This document shows positions 1-8,570 of a stretch of DNA of 64,000 nucleotides, one piece after another (positions within the stretch are counted from its first letter, which is position 1; each line of letters begins with the position of its first letter). This DNA is from Candidatus Cloacimonadales bacterium. Lineage in GTDB: Bacteria > Cloacimonadota > Cloacimonadia > Cloacimonadales > JAFGVF01. Position numbers and translations under genes: made by a program. Under the pieces are notes generated by a model. The model ran no database searches. It had not been told where the DNA came from and saw only the letters and a list, made by a program, of their open reading frames with translations. The DNA is taken from contig CAXXJV010000001.1 of the NCBI GenBank assembly GCA_963663475.2, positions 960,001-1,024,000 on the forward strand. Reading direction: 5' to 3'.

Positions 1-443
1 ATAATGAATGCCGGGGGCTAGGACAAATCACTTTAGCCAATAATAATCAAGCCTATACAAGTATTCTTGTGCAATCTAATGGTAGCTTAGAAAATGCTAG
101 CTTTAAATTATATGATAGATCTGCTGATCTTGTTATTGAGCAATCTAATTGCGTTAGTATTACTAGTGGGCAAGTAATTGGTTCAGAGCAAGAACCATTT
201 ATTATCAGCTTAGGGTTAATTCAACTTCCTGCACCTGATAATATAGATATTGAGATCATAAATAATGAGATAAATATTACTTGGACTAATGTCCCTCAGG
301 CTCATTATTATGAACTTTATTACTCATTTGATTTAGTGAACTGGATAGAGCTAGGACAAACTTCTACTAATTCTTATCTGGATAACCAGGCAGGATATGG
401 TGAACATAGTAAGTTTTACATGATCAAAGCCAAACAGCAGTAG
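1..443 (+). CDS. C-terminal part of a probable secreted/surface protein ending in a fibronectin-III-like module (5' truncated by window edge)
   Basis: Frame is open from position 3 (NECRGLGQITL...) into the 69..443 ORF; ends with LPAPDNIDI...ITWTNVPQAHYYELY...W..LG.T...Y.D pattern typical of FN3-like domains. Confidence 0.55.
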   Translation, partial: NECRGLGQITLANNNQAYTSILVQSNGSLENASFKLYDRSADLVIEQSNCVSITSGQVIGSEQEPFIISLGLIQLPAPDNIDIEIINNEINITWTNVPQAHYYELYYSFDLVNWIELGQTSTNSYLDNQAGYGEHSKFYMIKAKQQ

Positions 444-608
444 TGCTATGCGCAAAGGTCTACTGCATTATTGGGATAATTTGCACTCTTCCCTAAAAGT
501 CTTTAAAACTACTTGAGTTAAGAGCAAAAACTCAGAGTGCTGACAAAGCCAACACTCTGAGTGAGAGACTTAGCTCCCTCAAAAGAGATTTAGCTAGTAG
601 TATTGAGA

Positions 609-1886
609 CTAATCCTCAATACCTCTATCTGTCCTTACGGCACAGAGTTTACCACACATAGTGCAATAATCATCATTCTTAGATTCTGAATTATCTTTTC
701 TTTCTTTAGCAAGCTCAGGATCTAGTGAATTTACATAGATAGTATTCCAATCAAATTCTCTTCTAGCCTGGGAAACTCTATGGTCTCTTTCAATTGCACC
801 AGGAACTTTTTTAACAATATCACCAGCATGGGCAGCAATCTTAGTTGCAATGATACCCTGCTTGACATCATCAGCTGTTGGTAAACATAGATGTTCGGCT
901 GGAGTAACATAGCAGAGAAAATCTACACCTGCTCCAGCAGCTAAAGCACCACCAATTGCCCCTGTTATATGATCATAGCCTGAAGCTATGTCTGTTACTA
1001 GAGGTCCTAAGACATAGAAGGGAGCTTCTTTGCAGATAGACTTCATTAATTTTACATTCATTTCAACTTGATCTAAAGGGATGTGACCAGGTCCTTCTAC
1101 CATGACCTGAACTCCTCTATTTCTTGCCCTATCTACTAATTCTCCTAAGACAAGTAGTTCTGCAAATTGACCACGATCTGAAGCATCAGATTGACATCCA
1201 GGCCGCATACCATCTCCTAGAGAAAGAGTAACATCATATTTAGCACAAATTTCTAGAAGTCTATCATATTCCTCATAAAGTGGATTCTCACAATTATGAT
1301 TTTTCATCCATTGCTTAATTAGAGAACCACCCCTAGATACTATTCCTAGTAATCTGTCAGAAGTTTCATAAGTAGCAACACTTTGCTTAGTTATACCACA
1401 ATGGACAGTGATAAAATCTACTCCAATTTTGGCATGATTCTCTATCTCTTCAAAGAGTAAGTCTGAGGTCATATCATAAAAAGCCTTTCCTTCAGATAAG
1501 AGCTTACTCATGACATTGTAAATAGGAACAGTTCCCACCATAAGAGGAGAACTATGAACCATCATTTTCAAGATAGCTGTTAAATCTCCCCCTGTTGATA
1601 AATCCATAATACTGTCTGCTCCATATTTTACAGAAGTCTTAAGCTTTTCTAATTCTTCTTCTATATCGCAATGTTTCTCAGAAGTTCCAATATTTGAGTT
1701 AACTTTAGTTGTTAGTCCTAAACCAATACCTACAGCCGAAAAGTCATGGTTAATGTTTTTAGGTATTACTATTTTTCCTTGGGCTACTAGGTCTCTGATA
1801 TATTCTTTAGTTCTATTTTCTTTTCTTGCAACAATCTCCATTTCTGGAGTAATTATGCCCTTTAAGGCAGATTCTAATTGAGTCAT
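609..1886 (-). CDS. thiC: phosphomethylpyrimidine synthase ThiC
   Basis: MTQLESA..G.IT.EM start, DLSTGG, SRGGS, LSLGDGMRPG, EGPGH, CYVTPAEH and C-terminal CTMCGKLC Fe-S motif. Confidence 0.97.
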   Translation of the reverse strand: MTQLESALKGIITPEMEIVARKENRTKEYIRDLVAQGKIVIPKNINHDFSAVGIGLGLTTKVNSNIGTSEKHCDIEEELEKLKTSVKYGADSIMDLSTGGDLTAILKMMVHSSPLMVGTVPIYNVMSKLLSEGKAFYDMTSDLLFEEIENHAKIGVDFITVHCGITKQSVATYETSDRLLGIVSRGGSLIKQWMKNHNCENPLYEEYDRLLEICAKYDVTLSLGDGMRPGCQSDASDRGQFAELLVLGELVDRARNRGVQVMVEGPGHIPLDQVEMNVKLMKSICKEAPFYVLGPLVTDIASGYDHITGAIGGALAAGAGVDFLCYVTPAEHLCLPTADDVKQGIIATKIAAHAGDIVKKVPGAIERDHRVSQARREFDWNTIYVNSLDPELAKERKDNSESKNDDYCTMCGKLCAVRTDRGIED

Positions 1887-1895
1887 ATTATCCTT

Positions 1896-2510
1896 TTAGA
1901 TATGTAATTTAGTTAGTATTTTTAACAGTCTTTCTTCTAAATCATGATGATTCATAAAGTATCTTACTAAAGAGATATTTTCTGCACCAGCATAAACAAC
2001 TTCTTCTACATTGGTCTCATCAATACCACCAATTGCAACTACAGGTATAGGAGATACTTGGACTACATCCTTGATTGTATCTAAGCCTACAGCTGGATCA
2101 GGTTTTGCTTTGGTAGGAGTAGGGAAGATAGGACCATAGCCTATATAATCTGGATTCTGATTAATAGCTTTGTGGGCCTGATCTAGGGAATGAGTGGAAA
2201 GTCCATAGATTTTATCATTGCCAAAAATTGTTTTAGCTTCTTCTAAAGAAAGATCATCTTGACCTAAGTGCAAACCATCAGCATTCACTATTTTAGCTAA
2301 ATCAGCCCTATCATTCATGATGAAGTTGCTAGCTGTTCCTGAAGTTATCTTCATAATCTCTCTACTGGCAGCAATTATTTCTCTATCTGATAGTGATTTC
2401 TCTCTTAGCTGTATGTACTTGATATTATACTTAACCGCTATTCGAGCTAGATCTTGGTATGATAAAACTGGATTGCTTATGATTAAATATATTCCAAAAT
2501 TTGTGGTCAT
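1896..2510 (-). CDS. thiE: thiamine phosphate synthase
   Basis: QLREK, NDRADLA, GLHLGQDD, GLSTHS, GPIFPTPTK, VAIGGI motifs; in thi operon. Confidence 0.95.
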   Translation of the reverse strand: MTTNFGIYLIISNPVLSYQDLARIAVKYNIKYIQLREKSLSDREIIAASREIMKITSGTASNFIMNDRADLAKIVNADGLHLGQDDLSLEEAKTIFGNDKIYGLSTHSLDQAHKAINQNPDYIGYGPIFPTPTKAKPDPAVGLDTIKDVVQVSPIPVVAIGGIDETNVEEVVYAGAENISLVRYFMNHHDLEERLLKILTKLHI

Positions 2511-3280
2511 TGGTCTAAACTTTCTATGATTAGTTGAGCAACTTTTTGACCAGAAAGTAACATGCCTCCAAATATTGGACCCATTCGGAAAGAACCGCTT
2601 ACTCCATTGGCTGCCATTCCTGATACAAAAAGTCCAGGATAAACTTCTTTAGTATTCTTTACAGTAGCTTCTTCACCTTCTTCCACAGAAAGAGACCTTT
2701 CGCCTTGAACTTGTCCACTAGGAGTATTTAACTTAATATTATTTTTTTTGGCTACAGTTGTGGTTACTTCACAAGGATGACCTGTGCCATCAAGCACTCT
2801 TTTAGCCATTATTACTAAAGGATCTACATGAAGGCCTTGGCGGATTACTGTTGACCAATTTACAACAACTCCTGCTACTTTTTCCTCTTGAAAAACTACA
2901 TCTTCTACTATGAAACCGTTATTAATAATTGCTCCTGCTTTACTAGCTGCATAGATTAAGGCAGATGTAGCATGGACAGAGTCACAGGTAAGACAAGTAT
3001 CATCATATTTCTGGTAAGTGATAGCAAATTCATCTAAGATTGCTTTAGCTTGATTCTGTACAACTATTTGATTAAAGAGCATTGCTCCACCCCACATACC
3101 ACCACCTGGTGCTAATTTAGACTCAAAAACTGCTACTTTTTTCCCTGCTTTGGCTAAATATGTCGCTGCTACTAAGCCTGATGGCCCTGCCCCAACTATG
3201 GCAACATCCAATTCTAAAATACTCTTCAATTTGTTAAAATAGGTATCAATAATACCTCGAGAAACTGTAAGTTCCATCAT
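2507..3280 (-). CDS. thi4: sulfide-dependent adenosine diphosphate thiazole synthase (Thi4 family)
   Basis: DVAIVGAGPSGL, GGGMWGG, HVDP, RMGPIFGGMLLSG motifs. Confidence 0.93.
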   Translation of the reverse strand: MMELTVSRGIIDTYFNKLKSILELDVAIVGAGPSGLVAATYLAKAGKKVAVFESKLAPGGGMWGGAMLFNQIVVQNQAKAILDEFAITYQKYDDTCLTCDSVHATSALIYAASKAGAIINNGFIVEDVVFQEEKVAGVVVNWSTVIRQGLHVDPLVIMAKRVLDGTGHPCEVTTTVAKKNNIKLNTPSGQVQGERSLSVEEGEEATVKNTKEVYPGLFVSGMAANGVSGSFRMGPIFGGMLLSGQKVAQLIIESLDQ

Positions 3281-3334
3281 TCCTCCAATTCTTTTATTAT
3301 TTTTTTTTGGAGGATAATGCCTTAATGAAGGTCA

Positions 3335-3499
3335 AATCCAAAAAATGCAGTTGGACTTTGTCAATAGCTCAATATTTATCTGCAAAAGTAAGATTCAAAA
3401 TTTTTCCTAATATAGATTATATGTGGCTAAATATTGAAAGCTAGTTTGCTTGAATAATCTGAATTCTTGCCGAAAGTTTTAATGCATAATCTGGGTTAA
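3335..3499. mobile_element. MITE-like element (AACCCAAA...ATCTGGGTTAA family), degenerate full-length copy
   Basis: Similar along its length to 46278-46446; ends ATCTGGGTTAA. Confidence 0.55.
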
Positions 3500-3527
3500 A
3501 GTTGTAAGGTGAGTAAAAAAAAATAGC

Positions 3528-3606
3528 ATCTCACTTCCTTCGCCAGCATTACCCGGATCAGGTTCTAAGGGTATAATCTCAGCCATATGGCACCCCTGAA
3601 TCTGCA
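3528..3606 (-). promoter_or_regulatory. TPP riboswitch
   Basis: Reverse complement reads AGGGGTGC-CATATG-GCTGAGATTATACCC-TTA-GAACCTGATCCGGGTAATGCTGGCGAAGGAAG, matching THI-box consensus, upstream of thi4-thiE-thiC. Confidence 0.95.
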
Positions 3607-3676
3607 TGATTAAAGCAATTAATAAATCATCTAAAAATGTGTCAAGTAGAGAATTAGAGATAAGCTTTTGAAAAAA

Positions 3677-5221
3677 CTAATACTTAACCATAAGCTCAGT
3701 AATAACTAAATCTCCTTTAGTGACTTGCAGATAGCTTTTGTCTCCCAGTGAAACTTGCACTTTCTGGAGAGAATAGTTTGCATGTGGCCAGTGAGCAACT
3801 TCAGCATAAATAAGATAATCTCCTGAGGTAAGTAGGTTGCCTTTAGAATCCTTGTAATCCCAGTATAAGATATGTTTACCGCTATCTATTGATGCTCCTG
3901 TTACTCTAACAATAGTGTTTTCAAATTCAGACTTCTTAGCCCATCTGGGTAGATGAACTTGCTTTTCCTTAATATTTGCTGAAAAACCTGATACATAGAG
4001 ACTTCTAATATAGTTTCCTTGTAAGTCTTCTACCCAAATAGCTGTTTGAGGAGCTATATAATCACCAAAGCCCAAAGAAAGACTAATTTGACAGTGACTA
4101 GTCTCAGGTCTCTTAGCCTGTGATTTATCAAATTGCATATCTTTAACAAGAGCTTGCTTTTCATTTTGACTTGCTGAAGCTACAAAAGAGTCAGTAAGTT
4201 TCTTTCTTGTTTTTCTTTTAAGAATGCTTCTTTGAATCTCTTTGGCAAGTTCTATATTGGAATCACTTTTGCTGTTTTCTATTATCCACAGGCACTCCTC
4301 CTGGGCATCTTCCAGAGAATTTACAAAGAAGGGGAGTTGGGATAGGACTTGAGCTTTTAAGAGGCGAAAATCTTCACTATTAGGTAGCAAGACTACAATT
4401 CTATTAAGAGCATAGGCTACGTTAAAGGCCAAATCTGTCATAAATGCTACATCTTCATATACATTCTCGTTATAACCATTCTCGGAGACCTGCCTAATAA
4501 CTTGAAGATATTTTAGATAAAGATCTATATTAGTAGTATCTTGTTTCGTAGCTTGAGTAAGACTATTATAAGCTTGAATATAATCACCTTCTTCAAGAAA
4601 TTTATCTGCTTGACTTTGGTAATCATCTTCAGGAATAAGCTCCTTTGCATTAGTCTTTGTTAATTCTTGTAGCTGTAGTAAAGAGTCTTGATAAAATTGC
4701 GAATCCTTACCATAACGGATAATATTTTTATAGTAGTCTATTGCCTTTTTATCTTCACCTTTTTTCTGATAAGCAAATGCTAAATAATATGATGTAACTA
4801 GATAGTCATCATTGCTAAGTCCAGGGCTTTTAGATATTTTCTCTAAATCAGCAATTCCCTTGTTTAACTTATTAAAGAATTTAGGCACATTAACTCGTAA
4901 AATACCTCTCCAGAGAATAGTATTTTTATGATTAATATCTATCTGTAAAGCTTGATCAAAAATTCTCTCAGCCTGATAAACCATTGACCCTGCCTTGATA
5001 AGATTAGCTTGACCTGAGCCTTTACTCACCATTAAGCCATAAACACTTAATACATCAACATTCTCTGGAAAATCTTTAGAAGCTTGCTCCATAATCTCAA
5101 TAGCTTTAAAGATATCTTCATCTTCCATAGCATAGGCAGATGAAATATAATCTTCTGCTGTTTTAGCAAAAATAGAGACCATTAATAAGAAGAATAGTCC
5201 GATTAAATATATTCTTTTCAT
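3677..5221 (-). CDS. secreted TPR protein with C-terminal DUF2271-like domain
   Basis: Signal peptide, TPR-like helices, C-terminal PQTAIWVEDLQGNYIRSLYV...W...VTGAS...WD.KD motif. Confidence 0.7.
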   Translation of the reverse strand: MKRIYLIGLFFLLMVSIFAKTAEDYISSAYAMEDEDIFKAIEIMEQASKDFPENVDVLSVYGLMVSKGSGQANLIKAGSMVYQAERIFDQALQIDINHKNTILWRGILRVNVPKFFNKLNKGIADLEKISKSPGLSNDDYLVTSYYLAFAYQKKGEDKKAIDYYKNIIRYGKDSQFYQDSLLQLQELTKTNAKELIPEDDYQSQADKFLEEGDYIQAYNSLTQATKQDTTNIDLYLKYLQVIRQVSENGYNENVYEDVAFMTDLAFNVAYALNRIVVLLPNSEDFRLLKAQVLSQLPFFVNSLEDAQEECLWIIENSKSDSNIELAKEIQRSILKRKTRKKLTDSFVASASQNEKQALVKDMQFDKSQAKRPETSHCQISLSLGFGDYIAPQTAIWVEDLQGNYIRSLYVSGFSANIKEKQVHLPRWAKKSEFENTIVRVTGASIDSGKHILYWDYKDSKGNLLTSGDYLIYAEVAHWPHANYSLQKVQVSLGDKSYLQVTKGDLVITELMVKY

Positions 5222-5224
5222 CTC

Positions 5225-5542
5225 TTATTCCTTTATGTTCACTAATCTTTCTAAAGTCTCAATATACTTAGCATAGGCTTTTTTACCCTTATCACTCAAC
5301 CAATATATGGTTATGGGTTTTCTATCAATAAAGGACTTCTTAAAGGAAATGTAGTTTGCTTGTTCTAACTTCCGCAAATGAGTACTTAAATTACCATCTG
5401 AAGTTTTGGTTTGCTTCTTAAGTGTTGCAAAATCAGTTTTCCCTCTAGTAAGAAGAATTGTCATAATAGCTAATCTGATCCTAGCATGAATGATGTCATC
5501 TAATTCATTGTAATCAAATACAGCTTCAATATCTATAGACAT
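5225..5542 (-). CDS. winged-helix transcriptional regulator (HTH_34, ArsR/MarR-like)
   Basis: IHARIRLAIM...F..LK...SDGNLSTHLRKLE..YI..KKSF..RKP.T...L...G. Confidence 0.88.
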   Translation of the reverse strand: MSIDIEAVFDYNELDDIIHARIRLAIMTILLTRGKTDFATLKKQTKTSDGNLSTHLRKLEQANYISFKKSFIDRKPITIYWLSDKGKKAYAKYIETLERLVNIKE

Positions 5543-6148
5543 TTATCTATTCTCCTTTCTCCACAGCATTTCAAGCTTAACACCTGGCAATACTTGAAGT
5601 ATAAACATTAAACCTGCAAAATAAAGAAGAGTCTTACTTCCTCCAAAGACATCAACCCTAATTAGGAAGAATAAAGCTATTGAAGTTATCCACCACAGAA
5701 TACCAACAATTCTTAACCATTTATATTGATTTAACCAACCTTCTATGAAGAAGGCAGAACCAAGTATTGTTCCCATCATGGGAGATATTGCATATGGGTT
5801 AACAACTTGGGCTAGAGAGGTGATAAAAGCTAAAATCATCATTGCTATGCCATGACACATCCAGATTACTCCTAAAATTTGCTGTGAATAAGATGAAACA
5901 GTTAATTTCTCCCTTTTGCTTTCAACTAACCATGATACAAGCCAGCCTAAACTAGTTGCAATTAACCATACTCCCATATAGTACCAACCACTTTGCATGT
6001 GATTATGAATTCCCCAATAGGTCATGATTAAGGCTGAAATAACAAATAACCCCCATACTATTGAAGGCATTCCACTACTTAAGGCTAACTTTCTATTATC
6101 CTCAACTAAGGATTTTATAAATCTTAAACTTTCTTCTGCGTTTTTCAT
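5543..6148 (-). CDS. multi-pass membrane protein co-transcribed with the wHTH regulator
   Basis: About six hydrophobic segments; likely start ATG 6148 preceded by AGGAG. Confidence 0.75.
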   Translation of the reverse strand: MKNAEESLRFIKSLVEDNRKLALSSGMPSIVWGLFVISALIMTYWGIHNHMQSGWYYMGVWLIATSLGWLVSWLVESKREKLTVSSYSQQILGVIWMCHGIAMMILAFITSLAQVVNPYAISPMMGTILGSAFFIEGWLNQYKWLRIVGILWWITSIALFFLIRVDVFGGSKTLLYFAGLMFILQVLPGVKLEMLWRKENR

Positions 6149-6181
6149 TTTTTTGCTCCTTTTAATTTTTATGTGCATAGT

Positions 6182-6198
6182 ACTTTGAAATACAAAGT
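6182..6198. promoter_or_regulatory. inverted-repeat operator ACTTTG-N5-CAAAGT
   Basis: Perfect 6 bp dyad in the divergent promoter region upstream of the membrane protein/regulator operon. Confidence 0.5.
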
Positions 6199-6307
6199 CA
6201 ATTTAATTTAAAAGTTTAATTAAGCAAGTTATTTTTTTATTCTGGACAAAATAATCGCTATTTACCAAAGTGAAAATAGTCTTAAAGTCTTTGAAATAGG
6301 GAAAATT

Positions 6308-6907
6308 ATGAAAAAAATATTTATTAGTGCGTTTGTAGTTTTTTTGTTAATCTCAGCTTGGGCTAAGGAAGGTCAAGAGATTATTGAACAAGCTTTTGCT
6401 TTAGAAAAAACTGATATTCATCAAGCTTATAGAATTATGAAAGAGGCAAAAGGAGACTTCCCTGATGACCCTGATATCTTAAGTGTTTATGGTTATATGG
6501 CTGGGTTTGAAGCTAAAGAAACTTATAAAATAAGAGCTTTATTGATAGTCAATAGTGCTTTATCAGCTTTTGAACAAGCGTTAGAAATTGATGGAGAGCA
6601 TAAAAATGCCAGACTTTGGGGAGGGATACTGAAAATAAATATGCCTTCTTTTTTAGGAAAAGTTCCTCAAGGTATGGAAGACTTACAGCTTGTAGGAAAA
6701 AGAGATGATCTTACTCCAAGTGAGCAAATGCAGGTAAAGTTCTTTTTAGGGATGGGGTATGAGAAGACAGGACAATATGACCAGGCTATTAGTCTTTTCC
6801 AAAAGGTTATTGAAATGAATTTAGATGAAACTTATGTTAAGGATAGTAAGATGAGGATAGAGAGACAAAGACAAAGGGAAAGAGAAGAAAGTCTTCACAA
6901 GAATTAA
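6308..6907 (+). CDS. secreted TPR protein, paralogue of the N-terminal part of 3677..5221
   Basis: Signal peptide; shared DFP..D.LSVYG, F.QAL.ID..HKN..LW.GIL..N.P.F..K...G..DL motifs. Confidence 0.75.
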   Translation: MKKIFISAFVVFLLISAWAKEGQEIIEQAFALEKTDIHQAYRIMKEAKGDFPDDPDILSVYGYMAGFEAKETYKIRALLIVNSALSAFEQALEIDGEHKNARLWGGILKINMPSFLGKVPQGMEDLQLVGKRDDLTPSEQMQVKFFLGMGYEKTGQYDQAISLFQKVIEMNLDETYVKDSKMRIERQRQREREESLHKN

Positions 6908-6986
6908 CCCAAATATTGTAGTAGGCTTTTGTGAATAGAAGAATCTGCAATCTTCACTAAAGCTCTACAGTATCATCTAGATTTAA
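6904..6986. mobile_element. MITE-like element, internally deleted copy
   Basis: TTAACCCAAAT left end, AGAATCTGCA.TCTTCACTAAAG core shared with 46278-46446. Confidence 0.5.
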
Positions 6987-7054
6987 GTTATAAAGAAAAA
7001 AGCCTAAGATTTCTCTCAGGCTTTAAGTTTATTATAAACTGAATAGATTATAAA

Positions 7055-7498
7055 CTATTCGTCAGTGTCTTTTTCTTTATTATTTTCACAATCACAATCT
7101 TCACCGCAATCACAGTCTTCAGTCTCATCATCGCAATTGCAGTTGCAATCACAATCATCTTTCTTAGCAGAGTCGGTTACAGTGATAGCAAAGATATCAA
7201 TATTTAATCTTGCAGAACTTAAAACAGGGTAGAAATCTTCAATATATTCAGTAACTGTTGTTTGAATATCTTGGTTGTTATCCAAGACATCTTGCTTGAA
7301 GCCTACACTTATCTTAAGTGAAGATAAATCCATATTGATGTTAATCTTAGGTTTTTCACCATAGACATTGTTTAAGAATTCAGGCAAAGATTTACTTAGT
7401 TTGGAAATAGCAGATATCTTTTGATACATTTTAAATCCAGCATATCCAATTCCAGCAAAAGCTCCTAACCACAGTACTTTCTTAAAAAATTTACTCAT
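7055..7498 (-). CDS. hypothetical protein with N-terminal membrane anchor and Cys/Asp-rich tail
   Basis: AAGGAGG RBS; tail DCDCNCNCDDETEDCDCGEDCDCE. Confidence 0.7.
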   Translation of the reverse strand: MSKFFKKVLWLGAFAGIGYAGFKMYQKISAISKLSKSLPEFLNNVYGEKPKININMDLSSLKISVGFKQDVLDNNQDIQTTVTEYIEDFYPVLSSARLNIDIFAITVTDSAKKDDCDCNCNCDDETEDCDCGEDCDCENNKEKDTDE

Positions 7499-7538
7499 TT
7501 CTCCTCCTTTTTAAGTTTTAGTATATGAGCAAAGTCTA

Positions 7539-8249
7539 TTATTTATATATAGACTTAATTTTTCCCCATGATTTCTTTGTGTTATTAACAGGAGTACCTG
7601 CTTGAACATCTTCCATAGTTCTTGGGTTAATAGAGAATTCGTCAAAACCATAATTAACCATACCGATAATAGCAGTATAAGTATCACCAACTGCTGGTTC
7701 AGGTTGCACGTAGAATAAGTCATCAACGTTACAGTCGCCTGTGTTATCATCAACTTGGAATTGGTTATATTGGTCTGGAGCGCCAGTAACTGTTACATTC
7801 ATAACTTTTACTAAGCAACCTTCGTATGATTCAGCAGTCATTCCACCAGCCATTTGACCAGTTGTAACGATTGTAGGGTTTGGAACAGGGTTACCAGAAC
7901 TTAAAACAGTAACATCACAGTAAGTTAATTCTGTGTAGCCATAATATTCATCAACAGTACCAGTAACTTCTACTAAGTCACCAACTTGAACATCAACACT
8001 CCAATCAAAAACATAGATACCTTTCCAAGCTCCACCTTCAGGTTGAGAGATAAAGAATTTGCCTATTTCAGTTTGAGTGTTAGCACGGTTAGCTGTTACA
8101 ACACCTTGAACAGTTACTTCTTGGCCATCAAGTGGAGATGGATAAGTTCCATCTGAACCAGCATCAGTAGTATACTGAATGTCATAAATCGTTGTAGCAC
8201 TCATAGCTACACTAACAACTAATAATATTACAAGTAAAAAGTTTTTCAT
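7539..8249 (-). CDS. secreted OB-fold protein (extracellular nuclease-associated type domain)
   Basis: Signal peptide, TTIYDIQ...SPLDGQEVTVQGVVTA, VGDLVEVTGTVDEYYG.TEL, ESYEG.LV motifs. Confidence 0.7.
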   Translation of the reverse strand: MKNFLLVILLVVSVAMSATTIYDIQYTTDAGSDGTYPSPLDGQEVTVQGVVTANRANTQTEIGKFFISQPEGGAWKGIYVFDWSVDVQVGDLVEVTGTVDEYYGYTELTYCDVTVLSSGNPVPNPTIVTTGQMAGGMTAESYEGCLVKVMNVTVTGAPDQYNQFQVDDNTGDCNVDDLFYVQPEPAVGDTYTAIIGMVNYGFDEFSINPRTMEDVQAGTPVNNTKKSWGKIKSIYK

Positions 8250-8570
8250 TATAAACTCCTTTTTTTATTTACACTTATTATTTTTCTCATTTTTAATGAC
8301 ACAATTATAAGTCACATTTATCATAGTAACAAAATAGTGTCAATACTTTTTTCTATAATTTAAGATTAATTAACATTTCACATTTCCAAATAAAACTAAA
8401 ATATGCATGTAAATAATAGTTGATTTGATAGGCTAAACAAGTTATTACTTCTCAATTACAAAAATATAAGTACCGAGATAACTATTAGTTAGGATGAAAT
8501 AAAAAGACTTCTCTTTGTGTGGTTAAGCTTTTTTTATAGACAGTTATTAGAGACTAGTCAATGTGGTTTT

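Noticed and set aside
609-1886. BzaF/BzaAB instead of ThiC
   Set aside because: Operon with thiE and thi4 under a TPP, not cobalamin, riboswitch
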